Shown piece after piece: positions 17,525-26,010 of a DNA stretch of 29,046 bases (position 1 is the stretch's first letter; every line of letters begins with the position of its first letter). The DNA is taken from NCBI GenBank assembly GCA_020440745.1, contig JAGRNM010000001.1, positions 1 through 29,046 on the forward strand, read 5' to 3'. Origin of the DNA: Deltaproteobacteria bacterium (GTDB taxonomy: Bacteria > UBA10199 > DSSB01). The notes below the pieces were generated by a model, which was not told the origin of the DNA, made no database searches, and saw nothing but the letters and a program-made list of their open reading frames with translations. Both the position numbers and the translations under genes were made by a program.

Positions 17525-17635
17525 ATTAAGCCCAGCGAAGTTCTTGCATATAACCATCTAAGTCATTTTGGTTCTTGAAGAACTCAATGCTGTCGGATTT
17601 TTTAAAGAGGTTTTTGATTGCGTTTAGTTTAGTCA
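17525..17635 (-). CDS. 36-codon ORF (MTKLNAIKNLFKKSDSIEFFKNQNDLDGYMQELRWA) directly behind leader module C
   Basis: Its ATG sits in the same position relative to GAAAGGAAACGGCT as the starts of paralogs A and B. It ends at TAA 17525-17527. It has no signal peptide and is below the ORF-track cutoff. Confidence 0.3.
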
Positions 17636-17877
17636 TAGCCGTTTCCTTTCCAATTGGGTTTTGAAAAAGACAACAACAATGACGCTTAGCTTTTACTTAA
17701 GAAGAGGACTCTCTAAGGGAGAGGGAATTTTTTAGATTCCAAGTCGGAGGTTTTTTAAGACTTCGACTTCCATCTTAGGTAACCCTGCTATCCTAGTCTT
17801 TGTTTTTTGATTTCTCTCTAACAAAAGCTAGGACCAGTAGCTTTGCGTCCCCGAGTTACCTCGGGTTTGCCTTTGTC
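17633..17877 (-). promoter_or_regulatory. Conserved 5' leader/promoter module, copy C (carries an extra insert of about 90 nt relative to B)
   Basis: The boxes are near-identical to those of B: 17781-17877 matches 16909-17008 at almost every base. The hairpin is at 17849-17864 with loop GUAA in minus sense. Confidence 0.5.
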
Positions 17878-18208
17878 TAATGGATTGTCAATTTTAGCTT
17901 TTAACGAAGTTTTAGGTTTTTAAGAACCCTAGCGTTTTTTCGTTATCAACTAAAAAAAATTTTAAGAGTTAAAACTAAGAACTGTCAAATTTTTTTTTAA
18001 ATAAGTTTAATAAAAACGCTAGCATAAAAACGTACAGATCTAACAATTGCCTTATTTGGCGCGGGTTTTAAAAGAATTATTTTTTTAAAAAAATTATTAA
18101 TTTTTTATCTTTTTAAAGTCTGTAAAAGTTTGAAAGTGAAAAAAAGGGCTTGTTGATTTTAAAATTAATGAAGCTTTTTGATTTTTAATTGGCTTTAAAA
18201 GATTGTTC

Positions 18209-18967
18209 TTAGGCTTGGGGAGTGGAGTTTTTTAAGAGGAGCTGAAAAGATTTTTTTAAGTTCTCCCGTGCCTGGTGGGCTTTGATGGCTAAGAAGGGTA
18301 AACGGGTTAATAATTTAGGTCTTTTAATACTTTCGCTTAAAAGCCGACCTGCTTGAGACTGGCTATGGGGTTCTAGGAGACTTTCTACTTCTTCTAGGTT
18401 GTCTTTGAGCTCATCAATGACAAAGCGTAAAACCAGTTTGGGTATTTCTAGTTTTTGGGCTGCTTGAAGTACGCCGTGACTTTCCATGTCCACTGCAATG
18501 CCGTCGTATTTAATGGCAAGTGCTTGTTTTTCAATGGGATTTAACAGGGGATGCAGACTACTTAAAAGATTGCCCCGATGGACTTTCCAGCTTTGATTTT
18601 GGCTTAAGAGCTTAAGAGATTCTTCAGTCCAGGCTGGATCGGTGCTTAAGGGTAGGGCGCTAGCTGTATTGGCAACCACAGTAGAGGCTAGGACCAAATC
18701 GCCGGTTTTTAATTGAGAATGGAGGGCACCGCAGTAGCCAGTGCTAATAAGACGACTTAGCTTGAAATTTTCTAAGAGAAAACGCGTAGCCTGGCGGGCT
18801 CGTTTGAGTCCAACTCCTGTTTGTAGCAGGAGAATTTTTTTATCTTGGGCTTCAAATTCTAAGATGCGAAAACCTTGGTAGAGAGTCTGAGTGTAAGCCA
18901 TCCCTTTGGGAACAATGGCCTTGGCTTCATGGGGCAATGCTAGGGTGATGGCCCAGGTTTCTTGCAT
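18209..18967 (-). CDS. PNP/MTAP-superfamily nucleosidase (5'-methylthioadenosine/S-adenosylhomocysteine nucleosidase or futalosine hydrolase-like)
   Basis: 252 aa. Blocks TGVGLKRARQA, ISTGYCGALHSQLKTGD and IAVDMESHGVLQAA...KLVLRFVID parallel the Pfs/MtnN motifs SGIGKVAAA, NTGSAGGL...GD and AVEMEATAIA...VVVRAISD. Confidence 0.65.
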   Translation of the reverse strand: MQETWAITLALPHEAKAIVPKGMAYTQTLYQGFRILEFEAQDKKILLLQTGVGLKRARQATRFLLENFKLSRLISTGYCGALHSQLKTGDLVLASTVVANTASALPLSTDPAWTEESLKLLSQNQSWKVHRGNLLSSLHPLLNPIEKQALAIKYDGIAVDMESHGVLQAAQKLEIPKLVLRFVIDELKDNLEEVESLLEPHSQSQAGRLLSESIKRPKLLTRLPFLAIKAHQARENLKKSFQLLLKNSTPQA

Positions 18968-18968
18968 C

Positions 18969-19364
18969 TTATTCTGTTACAGGACAGGCTTCCTCGATGA
19001 GGACGGTAGCTTGTCCAATTTTTTGACTATCGCTTTTGCTAGTGGCGGTGATGATAATAGAATTACCATCGGGAGGAAGTTCGTTAGGAGCTGTATAAGA
19101 GCCCTCTGAGCCTTCTACATTGCTGATAGTGCCATAGGCATTGCTAGGAACGCTCCAAGTCACCAAAGTGTTGCTATCGGATTGTGAGACGTTGTTAACA
19201 AAAACCGTGGCCTCAAATTGTTGGCTTGCTCCTAAAGACAAAGAGACACAAAGAGGAGTTACTTGCACGGCAATCAAGTCTACTTGGGTGCCTCCGCAAC
19301 TCATCAGGGTCAAGCAACTTAAGACAAAAAGGCTTTTTTTAAATTTTGTCCAAGGGTGAAGCAC
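18969..19364 (-). CDS. Small lipoprotein with a bacterial Ig-like (Big_2-type) domain
   Basis: Lipoprotein signal MLHPWTKFKKSLFVLSCLTLMSCGG. The mature part follows the Big_2 pattern (VTPL.VSLSLGASQQFEATV....VTWSV.....GTIS..G.YTA...G...ITATS). It sits 2 bp upstream of the Pfs-like gene and is probably co-transcribed with it. Confidence 0.55.
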   Translation of the reverse strand: MLHPWTKFKKSLFVLSCLTLMSCGGTQVDLIAVQVTPLCVSLSLGASQQFEATVFVNNVSQSDSNTLVTWSVPSNAYGTISNVEGSEGSYTAPNELPPDGNSIIITATSKSDSQKIGQATVLIEEACPVTE

Positions 19365-19520
19365 GGATCCTCCTTATGGTCTAAAATAGGGTCAACAGCT
19401 TATTCTACATATTAGTTTTTTACATGGAGTGTCTAGTCTTTAGTGATTATTTTGGCTTTTTGGTCTAGCTAAGAAGCTTATTTGACAAAAGTTTCGCTTT
19501 ATGGCGTTTTCCCCCTACTC

Positions 19521-20813
19521 ATGTCTTTTCAACGTTCTAAAAATCTTTTTAAGAAAGCTCAGGCCCTCATGCCCGGGGGTGTTAATTCTCCTGTACGGGC
19601 TTTTAAGTCCGTGGGTGGATCACCTCTATTTTTTGTACAAGCAAAAGGGGCTTATCTCAAAGATTGTGATGGTAATGACTATGTGGATTATGTGGGCTCT
19701 TGGGGACCGATGATTTTGGGACACGCCCATCCTAAAGTGATTGCGGCGGTCCAAGAGACAGCTGCTAAAGGTCTAAGCTTTGGAGCGCCCTGTGAGTTGG
19801 AGATTAAATTAGCTCAAGAGGTGACTAAGCGTGTAGAAATGGACTGGGTACGCATGGTTAATAGCGGAACAGAAGCTTTGATGGGGGCACTACGTTTAGC
19901 AAGGGGAGTCACTGGTAAAAACAAAATTATTAAATTTTCTGGTTGTTATCACGGTCATGCTGATTATCTTTTGGTAGAAGCTGGCAGTGGGGCTTTAACC
20001 TTTGGTCAGCCCAATAGTTTGGGCGTGCCTAAGGAGATGGTGACCCATACTTTGGTGGCACCTTACAATGACTTAGATAGAGTGAGTCACTTGGTTAAAA
20101 AATATGGCAAGGATCTAGCTGCTATTGTGGTGGAGCCCATCGCTGGCAATATGGGTTTGGTCTTGCCGGAAAAAGGTTTTTTAGAGGGTCTTAAAAAGCT
20201 TGCTCATCAAGTGGGTGCCTTATTGGTTTTTGATGAAGTGATGACAGGTTTTCGTGTCGGATGGGGTGGAGCGCAAACTTATTTAGGTCTTAAACCTGAT
20301 TTAATTACTTTAGGTAAAATTTTGGGTGGAGGTTTGCCCGTGGGGGCTTATGGTGGAAAGACTAAGTATAAAAAAGCCTTAAGCCCAGAAGGAGGCGTCT
20401 ATCAAGCGGGGACTCTATCGGGTAATCCTGTTGCTATGGCAGCGGGTTTGGCAACTTTAAAGCTTTTAAAGACAAGCAGTTACCCTAGCTTAGCCCAAAA
20501 GACTAAGCGCCTTGCCTTGGGCTTGAAGCGTTTGGCCGAAGAAGCTAATGTGTCCGTGCAAGTGCCCTGGGTTCCGGGGATGTTGGCTCTTTATTTTAGT
20601 GAGCAAGTAGTAAAAAATTTAAAAGAAGCTCAGTCCAGTCAGGTAGAGCTTTTTAAACTCTTTTTTCATGCCATGCTTAAAAAAGGGATTTATCTACCAC
20701 CCAGTCCTTACGAGGCTTGGTTTCCTTCTTTAGCCCATGGAGAAAACGAGATTGCTTTAACTTTGAGAGCAGCTAAGCTTAGTTTTAGAGAGATTAAAGC
20801 TAAGAAAAAATAG
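19521..20813 (+). CDS. hemL: Glutamate-1-semialdehyde 2,1-aminomutase
   Basis: Near-colinear match to known HemL. Motifs include MPGGVNSPVRAF, DYVGSWGPMILGH, MVNSGTEA, IIKFSGCYHGHAD, DEVMTGFRV and the LGKILGGGLPVGA pyridoxal-Lys region. The start is taken at Met MSFQRS.... The ORF track's 19482 start adds 13 unlikely residues. Confidence 0.9.
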   Translation: MSFQRSKNLFKKAQALMPGGVNSPVRAFKSVGGSPLFFVQAKGAYLKDCDGNDYVDYVGSWGPMILGHAHPKVIAAVQETAAKGLSFGAPCELEIKLAQEVTKRVEMDWVRMVNSGTEALMGALRLARGVTGKNKIIKFSGCYHGHADYLLVEAGSGALTFGQPNSLGVPKEMVTHTLVAPYNDLDRVSHLVKKYGKDLAAIVVEPIAGNMGLVLPEKGFLEGLKKLAHQVGALLVFDEVMTGFRVGWGGAQTYLGLKPDLITLGKILGGGLPVGAYGGKTKYKKALSPEGGVYQAGTLSGNPVAMAAGLATLKLLKTSSYPSLAQKTKRLALGLKRLAEEANVSVQVPWVPGMLALYFSEQVVKNLKEAQSSQVELFKLFFHAMLKKGIYLPPSPYEAWFPSLAHGENEIALTLRAAKLSFREIKAKKK

Positions 20814-20906
20814 CTTCTGTTTTTATAAAATCATTTAACGATGAGTGATGAATTTTTCAAACGCTTAAGCTGTTTTCTTTAAGTGTTTTTGTAGAAAGTT
20901 AATAGA

Positions 20907-22181
20907 ATGAAAAAGAAATCTTCCCCTCTTAAAAGTTCTCCCAAATTAGCCTTAGTTCTTTCTGCAGGAGGTGCTCGAGGTGCTTACGAAGCAGGAGTGA
21001 TTCATTATATTCGTACTGCCTTACCTCCAAAAGCAGCTAACCGAGCTTTTAATATTATGACGGGTACTTCGGTTGGGGCTATTAATACAGCCGGTTTAGC
21101 GGCGACTGCCCAAGACCCTCTATTGCAGGGAGAAAGTCTAAAGCGTATCTGGTTTTCTATTAGACAAGATAATATTTATAGTCGGGATCTTTCGGCTACG
21201 ACTCATTTTTTGGGTTCTACTTTGGGTAGTATCTTAAGAAATTTTCTCACTATTAATCCTTTTCATTTAGCTAGAAGAAAAGGGCCTCACCTTGAGAGTT
21301 TTTTAAACACCGATCCCTTGAAGCGTTTTTTAAGTAAAGTCTTGGCCTGGAAACAATTAAGCAAGAATGTTTTAGAAGGGCCGGTAGACGCAGTGGCAGT
21401 CAGTACTACTAATATTACTCATGCTAGGACCGAACTTTTTTTTCATAAAAAGCCAGATTTGCCTTATGAGGGCCCTTATGTTCATCATGAAGGACCACTC
21501 AATGTGCACCAAGTCTTAGCTAGTGCGGCTATTCCCATTATTTTTCCTCCTCATAAGATTGGTAAGGATTATTATGCCGATGGTGGGTTGCGTTTGTTTA
21601 CGCCCATGAGTCCGGCTATTCAATTAGGTGCTGATCGTCTGATTGTTGTAGGTTTGCGTAAAAAACCAAAACCCCATCAAGCTTATACGGGTCCTAATCG
21701 TCAGGATAAGAAAATGCCGACCATTGGAGAACAAATGGGCCGTTTGCTCAATGGTTTATTTTTAGACCGAGTGGACTTTGATATGGAGCAGATGGAAAGG
21801 CTCAATACGGTTGTTGAAGTGGGAGAGAAAATTTATGGTAAGGATTTTTTGAAAAAAATAAATTTAAAAATGAAGCAAGAAAAGTATGAGACTGATATTG
21901 CCCGGCGGGGCTTAAGGCCTTTGGAGGCTATAGAAATCCAGCCTAGTGAGTATATTAATCAAATTTTTATGAAGTGGTTTAGAAGTTCTAAAAAAGCTCA
22001 ATTTAAATTAAGTGCTATGGAAAAACTCATGGTTAGGCTCTTAGACATTGATCCTAGCACAGGAAGCGATCTTTTAAGCTATCTTACTTTTGCCCCTAAT
22101 TATATCCGAGATGTTTTTGATTTGGGATTTGAAGATGCTAAGTCTAAAAGACGTCAATTAATTGAGATGATGGGTGATTAA
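20907..22181 (+). CDS. Patatin-like phospholipase family protein
   Basis: Oxyanion-hole motif GGARG (LVLSAGGARGAYEAG). Nucleophile elbow GTSVG (G-x-S-x-G). Catalytic DGG (YADGGL). Confidence 0.8.
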   Translation: MKKKSSPLKSSPKLALVLSAGGARGAYEAGVIHYIRTALPPKAANRAFNIMTGTSVGAINTAGLAATAQDPLLQGESLKRIWFSIRQDNIYSRDLSATTHFLGSTLGSILRNFLTINPFHLARRKGPHLESFLNTDPLKRFLSKVLAWKQLSKNVLEGPVDAVAVSTTNITHARTELFFHKKPDLPYEGPYVHHEGPLNVHQVLASAAIPIIFPPHKIGKDYYADGGLRLFTPMSPAIQLGADRLIVVGLRKKPKPHQAYTGPNRQDKKMPTIGEQMGRLLNGLFLDRVDFDMEQMERLNTVVEVGEKIYGKDFLKKINLKMKQEKYETDIARRGLRPLEAIEIQPSEYINQIFMKWFRSSKKAQFKLSAMEKLMVRLLDIDPSTGSDLLSYLTFAPNYIRDVFDLGFEDAKSKRRQLIEMMGD

Positions 22182-22186
22182 TTGTT

Positions 22187-23251
22187 TTAAGGTATGACGG
22201 CGTATTTGAGAGGGTGACTTTGTAGTCCTTTGACAAAGACTTTTTCATAGTCCCTTAAAGGGATTTTTCCCACTACTAATCCTTCTGCTTTAATTTTTCC
22301 TTCGCTTAAAAGTTGAACCGCCTTTTTAAAGAGTCTGGGTGTGTGGTGAAAGACTCCAAATAGTTGGAGTTCTTCATAATGAAGTCTGTAGGTATCCAGT
22401 TGTACTTGAGTGCCTTGAGCGCAGCCTCCATAAAAGCAAACTTTGCCTCCAGGTCTGGCTAAGTTAACTGCCATTTCCCAAGTTTCAGGTAGTCCTACTG
22501 CCTCGATGACTAGATCAGCTCCTCGTCCTTGATTTAGTAAAGCCCTAGCTTTATCTAAAGGATTGGCGTCTTGGCTTAGACTGATCACTTCTTGAGCGCC
22601 TAGGGCTTTTAGGTTGGCTAGTTTCTTAGGGTCACGGGCTAAGGCAATTAATTCAACTCCATAAAGTTTGGCTAATTGTACAAACAAAACTCCCATGGGG
22701 CCAGCGCCTAGGAGGAGAAGTTTTTCTCCTGGTTTAGGATTAATTTTTTCCATAGCGTTTAAGACACAAGCTAAAGGTTCACTTAAACTGGCGGTGGCAA
22801 AATCTAGGTCCTTTGGGATGGGATGGAGGTTTTTTTCTACAATACGAGCCGGCACTAAAAGGTATTCGCTATAGGCACCATTTAAGAAAAGTAAGTCTTC
22901 GCACAAAGAGGGTGAGTCTTTTTGGCAATAAAAGCATTTTCCGCAAGGCGCTGAGTTACCCACTACCACTCTTTGGTGGAGTTTAAAGCTTTTGACGCCT
23001 TCGCCTAAGGAGACAATGGTGCCTGACATTTCGTGACCAAAGGGAGCTGGAATTTTTTTAATCAAACGTGGGTGTCCCCGTTTAAAAGTCTTAAAGTCTG
23101 TGCCACAAGTGGTAGCTGCTCCGATTTTGACTAAGACTTCGCCTAAACCTGGTTTGGGTGTGGCCACCTGATCTAAGCGGAGATCTTCGGGCCCGTACCA
23201 AAGAAGTTGTTGCATCGTGTCTGAAACTTTCATGATTTTACCTTTTGTCAA
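22187..23251 (-). CDS. Zn-dependent medium-chain alcohol dehydrogenase (threonine/sorbitol dehydrogenase-like)
   Basis: Catalytic Zn motif GHEMSGTIVSLGEGV. Structural Zn Cys cluster CGKCFYCQKD...C. Rossmann motif GAGPMG. Confidence 0.8.
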   Translation of the reverse strand: MTKGKIMKVSDTMQQLLWYGPEDLRLDQVATPKPGLGEVLVKIGAATTCGTDFKTFKRGHPRLIKKIPAPFGHEMSGTIVSLGEGVKSFKLHQRVVVGNSAPCGKCFYCQKDSPSLCEDLLFLNGAYSEYLLVPARIVEKNLHPIPKDLDFATASLSEPLACVLNAMEKINPKPGEKLLLLGAGPMGVLFVQLAKLYGVELIALARDPKKLANLKALGAQEVISLSQDANPLDKARALLNQGRGADLVIEAVGLPETWEMAVNLARPGGKVCFYGGCAQGTQVQLDTYRLHYEELQLFGVFHHTPRLFKKAVQLLSEGKIKAEGLVVGKIPLRDYEKVFVKGLQSHPLKYAVIP

Positions 23252-23362
23252 AGACTAGGTTGTCTTGGCTTAAACCTTGAGTTTTTGTCAAATTCTTGAA
23301 TAATCTTGTCTTAGGACATAAAATGCTTAAATAATAGATAGAGAGACAAAGAGCGAGGGAAA

Positions 23363-23683
23363 ATGAGCAATGATTCACCAAGTAGGATACCGGAAGGGGA
23401 CACCCTAACCCAGGTTAAGCCTAAGCTAAAAAAACCTCCTTTGTACCGGGTAAGTCTACTTAATGACGATTATACGACTATGGAATTTGTGATCCAAGTC
23501 TTACAAAAATTTTTTCAAAAATCTTTTGAAGAAGCGACACAAATTATGCTGCAGGTACATCACAAAGGGCAGGCGGCTTGTGGCTTTTATCCCTTTGAGA
23601 TTGCTGAGACTAAAGTCAATCAGGTGATTAGTTTTTCCCGTACTCATGAGCATCCCTTGCAGTGTATTATGGAAGAAGCTTAA
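23363..23683 (+). CDS. clpS: ATP-dependent Clp protease adaptor ClpS
   Basis: 106 aa. Core [27 protein letters not shown]...[17 protein letters not shown] is the ClpS fold signature. It lies immediately upstream of clpA. Confidence 0.85.
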   Translation: MSNDSPSRIPEGDTLTQVKPKLKKPPLYRVSLLNDDYTTMEFVIQVLQKFFQKSFEEATQIMLQVHHKGQAACGFYPFEIAETKVNQVISFSRTHEHPLQCIMEEA

Positions 23684-23696
23684 GAAAGAGGATAAA

Positions 23697-25988
23697 ATGC
23701 TTTCTGAAGAACTACAAAAAACACTTAATCTAGCTTACTTAGAAGCAAAGAACCGTCGACATGCTTATCTAACCTTAGAGCATTTGTTGTACGCGCTCTT
23801 AGAAAATGACGAGATTCAAAAGATCTTTTCAGCTTGTGGTGGTCATATCGACCAGTTAAAAAAAGACTTAGACGAGTTTTTAAATGAAGAACTACAAGCC
23901 TTAGATGAAAGAGAAAATACTTCTATTCAGACTTCTTTAGCCGTACAGCGTACTTTACAAAGAGCAATTTTTCATGTGCAGTCTAGTGGTAAGCGTTCGG
24001 TTTATCCTGCCAACGTCTTTGTAGCTCTTTTTGGCGAAAAAGACTCTCATGCTGTTTATTATCTTAGCAAACAAGAAGTTAGTCGTTTGGATGTGGTCAG
24101 TTATCTTTCCCACGGTGTTAGTAAAATGCCTTCCACTTATTCGGATAGTGCTTCTGGTCTAAACTCAAAAGCAGGGGAGGTTCCCCAATCGGAAAAACCT
24201 TTAGAAGCCTATGCCGTCAATCTCAATCAAAAAGCTTTTGAAGGTAAGATCGATCCCTTAATTGGTCGAGATAAGGAGATTGAGCGTACTATTCAGGTGC
24301 TTTGCCGACGTCGTAAGAATAATCCCCTTTACGTTGGTGATCCTGGGGTAGGGAAGACGGCTTTAGCAGAAGGTTTAGCTTTAAGAATTTTTGAAAAAAA
24401 AGTACCTGAGGTTTTAAAGGACGCAATTATTTTTTCTTTGGATTTGGGATCCCTTTTGGCGGGTACTAAGTTTCGTGGTGATTTTGAGCAAAGACTTAAA
24501 CTTGTTTTACAAGAATTAAAAAAGATTCCCCATGCTATTTTGTTTATTGATGAAATTCACACTATCGTAGGGGCAGGCGCTACTACCGGCGGCACGATGG
24601 ATGCTTCCAACTTATTAAAGCCTGCTTTACAGTCGGGAGAGCTAAAATGCATTGGTTCTACTACCTATGAAGAATTTAAAGTCATTGAGAAAGACCGAGC
24701 CTTGCACCGTCGTTTTCAAAAAATAGACGTGCCTGAGCCTAGTGTGGAAGAGACAATTAAAATATTAGAAGGTCTCAAAGAAAAATTAGAGACTCACCAC
24801 GGTATTACCTATAGTCAAGGGGCAATCGAAGCTGCTGCTACTTTAAGTCACAAACACCTTCATGAGCGTTTTTTGCCTGACAAAGCTATTGATGTTTTAG
24901 ATGAGGCGGGATCAGCCGAGCGTCTAAAAGACAAGTCCCTAAGGAAACAAGTGATTGGTGTAGAGGAAATTCAGGCTTTGGTTTCTAAAATAGCTCGTAT
25001 TCCTCCTCAAACGGTGAGCCTTTCGGATAAAGAAAAACTCAAAAATCTTCAGCACGAATTACAGCGCACTTTATTTGGTCAAGAAGAAGCTATTGATAAA
25101 GTCACCCAAGCAATTAAATTAAGTCGTTCTGGTCTTAGGGATGGAGAAAAACCCATTGCTAGTTTTCTTTTTACCGGTCCTACAGGAGTTGGTAAGACCG
25201 AATTAAGTAAGGAGCTTGCCAGAATTTTAGGAATCGAATTTTTGCGCTTTGATATGAGTGAGTACTCAGAAAAACATACTATTAGTCGTTTAATTGGAGC
25301 GCCTCCGGGTTATGTGGGCTTTGATCAAGGGGGCTTACTTACGGACGAAATCCGTAAAAAACCCCATGCTGTTTTACTCCTAGACGAAATTGAAAAGGCT
25401 CACCCTGATCTTTTTAATATCCTTTTGCAAGTGATGGATTATGGTAAGCTGACGGACAATAACGGCAAAAAAGCTGATTTTTCTAATATCATTTTGATCA
25501 TGACTAGCAATGCTGGCAGTCGAGAGATGAGTCGTCAGTCCATTGGTATTGGTAGAGATCACAAACCTTACCATGATCCTAAGTTGATTAAGGATAGTTT
25601 TAGTCCAGAGTTTCTTAATCGTCTGGACTCTGTTGTGGCATTTAAGCCTTTAGAACCAGAACATATTCATAAAGTAGCAGAAAAATTTATTGCTGAGTTA
25701 GAATTACCACTTTTAGAAAAAGGGGTAGAAATTGAACTGGATGAAAAGGTGTACAGCTATCTAGTGCAACATGGCTACGACCAGCAAAACGGTGCTAGGC
25801 CTATGAAACGTTTGATTCAGGAAAAAATCAAAAGAGTCTTGGCAGACGAAATCTTATTTGGCCGCCTGGAAAAAGGCGGGATAGTTAAGATTGAAGTAAA
25901 AGACGATGACTTAGAATTTTTTTATGAAACAAACCATCCTTCTTTAGAAAAAAGTTCGGAAACACAAGAAGTAGTGTCCATGGATTAA
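23697..25988 (+). CDS. clpA: ATP-dependent Clp protease ATP-binding subunit ClpA
   Basis: N-domain, then two AAA+ modules with Walker A motifs GDPGVGKTA (D1) and GPTGVGKTE (D2). There is no long ClpB-type middle domain. It follows clpS with a 13-nt gap when started at Met MLSEELQK, which has an AGAGGA RBS. The ORF-track start 23646 would overlap clpS. Confidence 0.85.
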   Translation: MLSEELQKTLNLAYLEAKNRRHAYLTLEHLLYALLENDEIQKIFSACGGHIDQLKKDLDEFLNEELQALDERENTSIQTSLAVQRTLQRAIFHVQSSGKRSVYPANVFVALFGEKDSHAVYYLSKQEVSRLDVVSYLSHGVSKMPSTYSDSASGLNSKAGEVPQSEKPLEAYAVNLNQKAFEGKIDPLIGRDKEIERTIQVLCRRRKNNPLYVGDPGVGKTALAEGLALRIFEKKVPEVLKDAIIFSLDLGSLLAGTKFRGDFEQRLKLVLQELKKIPHAILFIDEIHTIVGAGATTGGTMDASNLLKPALQSGELKCIGSTTYEEFKVIEKDRALHRRFQKIDVPEPSVEETIKILEGLKEKLETHHGITYSQGAIEAAATLSHKHLHERFLPDKAIDVLDEAGSAERLKDKSLRKQVIGVEEIQALVSKIARIPPQTVSLSDKEKLKNLQHELQRTLFGQEEAIDKVTQAIKLSRSGLRDGEKPIASFLFTGPTGVGKTELSKELARILGIEFLRFDMSEYSEKHTISRLIGAPPGYVGFDQGGLLTDEIRKKPHAVLLLDEIEKAHPDLFNILLQVMDYGKLTDNNGKKADFSNIILIMTSNAGSREMSRQSIGIGRDHKPYHDPKLIKDSFSPEFLNRLDSVVAFKPLEPEHIHKVAEKFIAELELPLLEKGVEIELDEKVYSYLVQHGYDQQNGARPMKRLIQEKIKRVLADEILFGRLEKGGIVKIEVKDDDLEFFYETNHPSLEKSSETQEVVSMD

Positions 25989-26010
25989 TTAAAGGCCTAT
26001 GGTCTTAAGT

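Noticed and set aside
18906-19713. ORFs 18906-19109 (+), 19141-19359 (+) and 19501-19713 (+, alternate frame in hemL)
   Set aside because: They overlap the Pfs-like, Big_2 lipoprotein or hemL genes.
22668-25574. ORFs 22668-22874 (+) and 25380-25574 (-)
   Set aside because: They are antisense to the Zn-ADH and clpA genes respectively.
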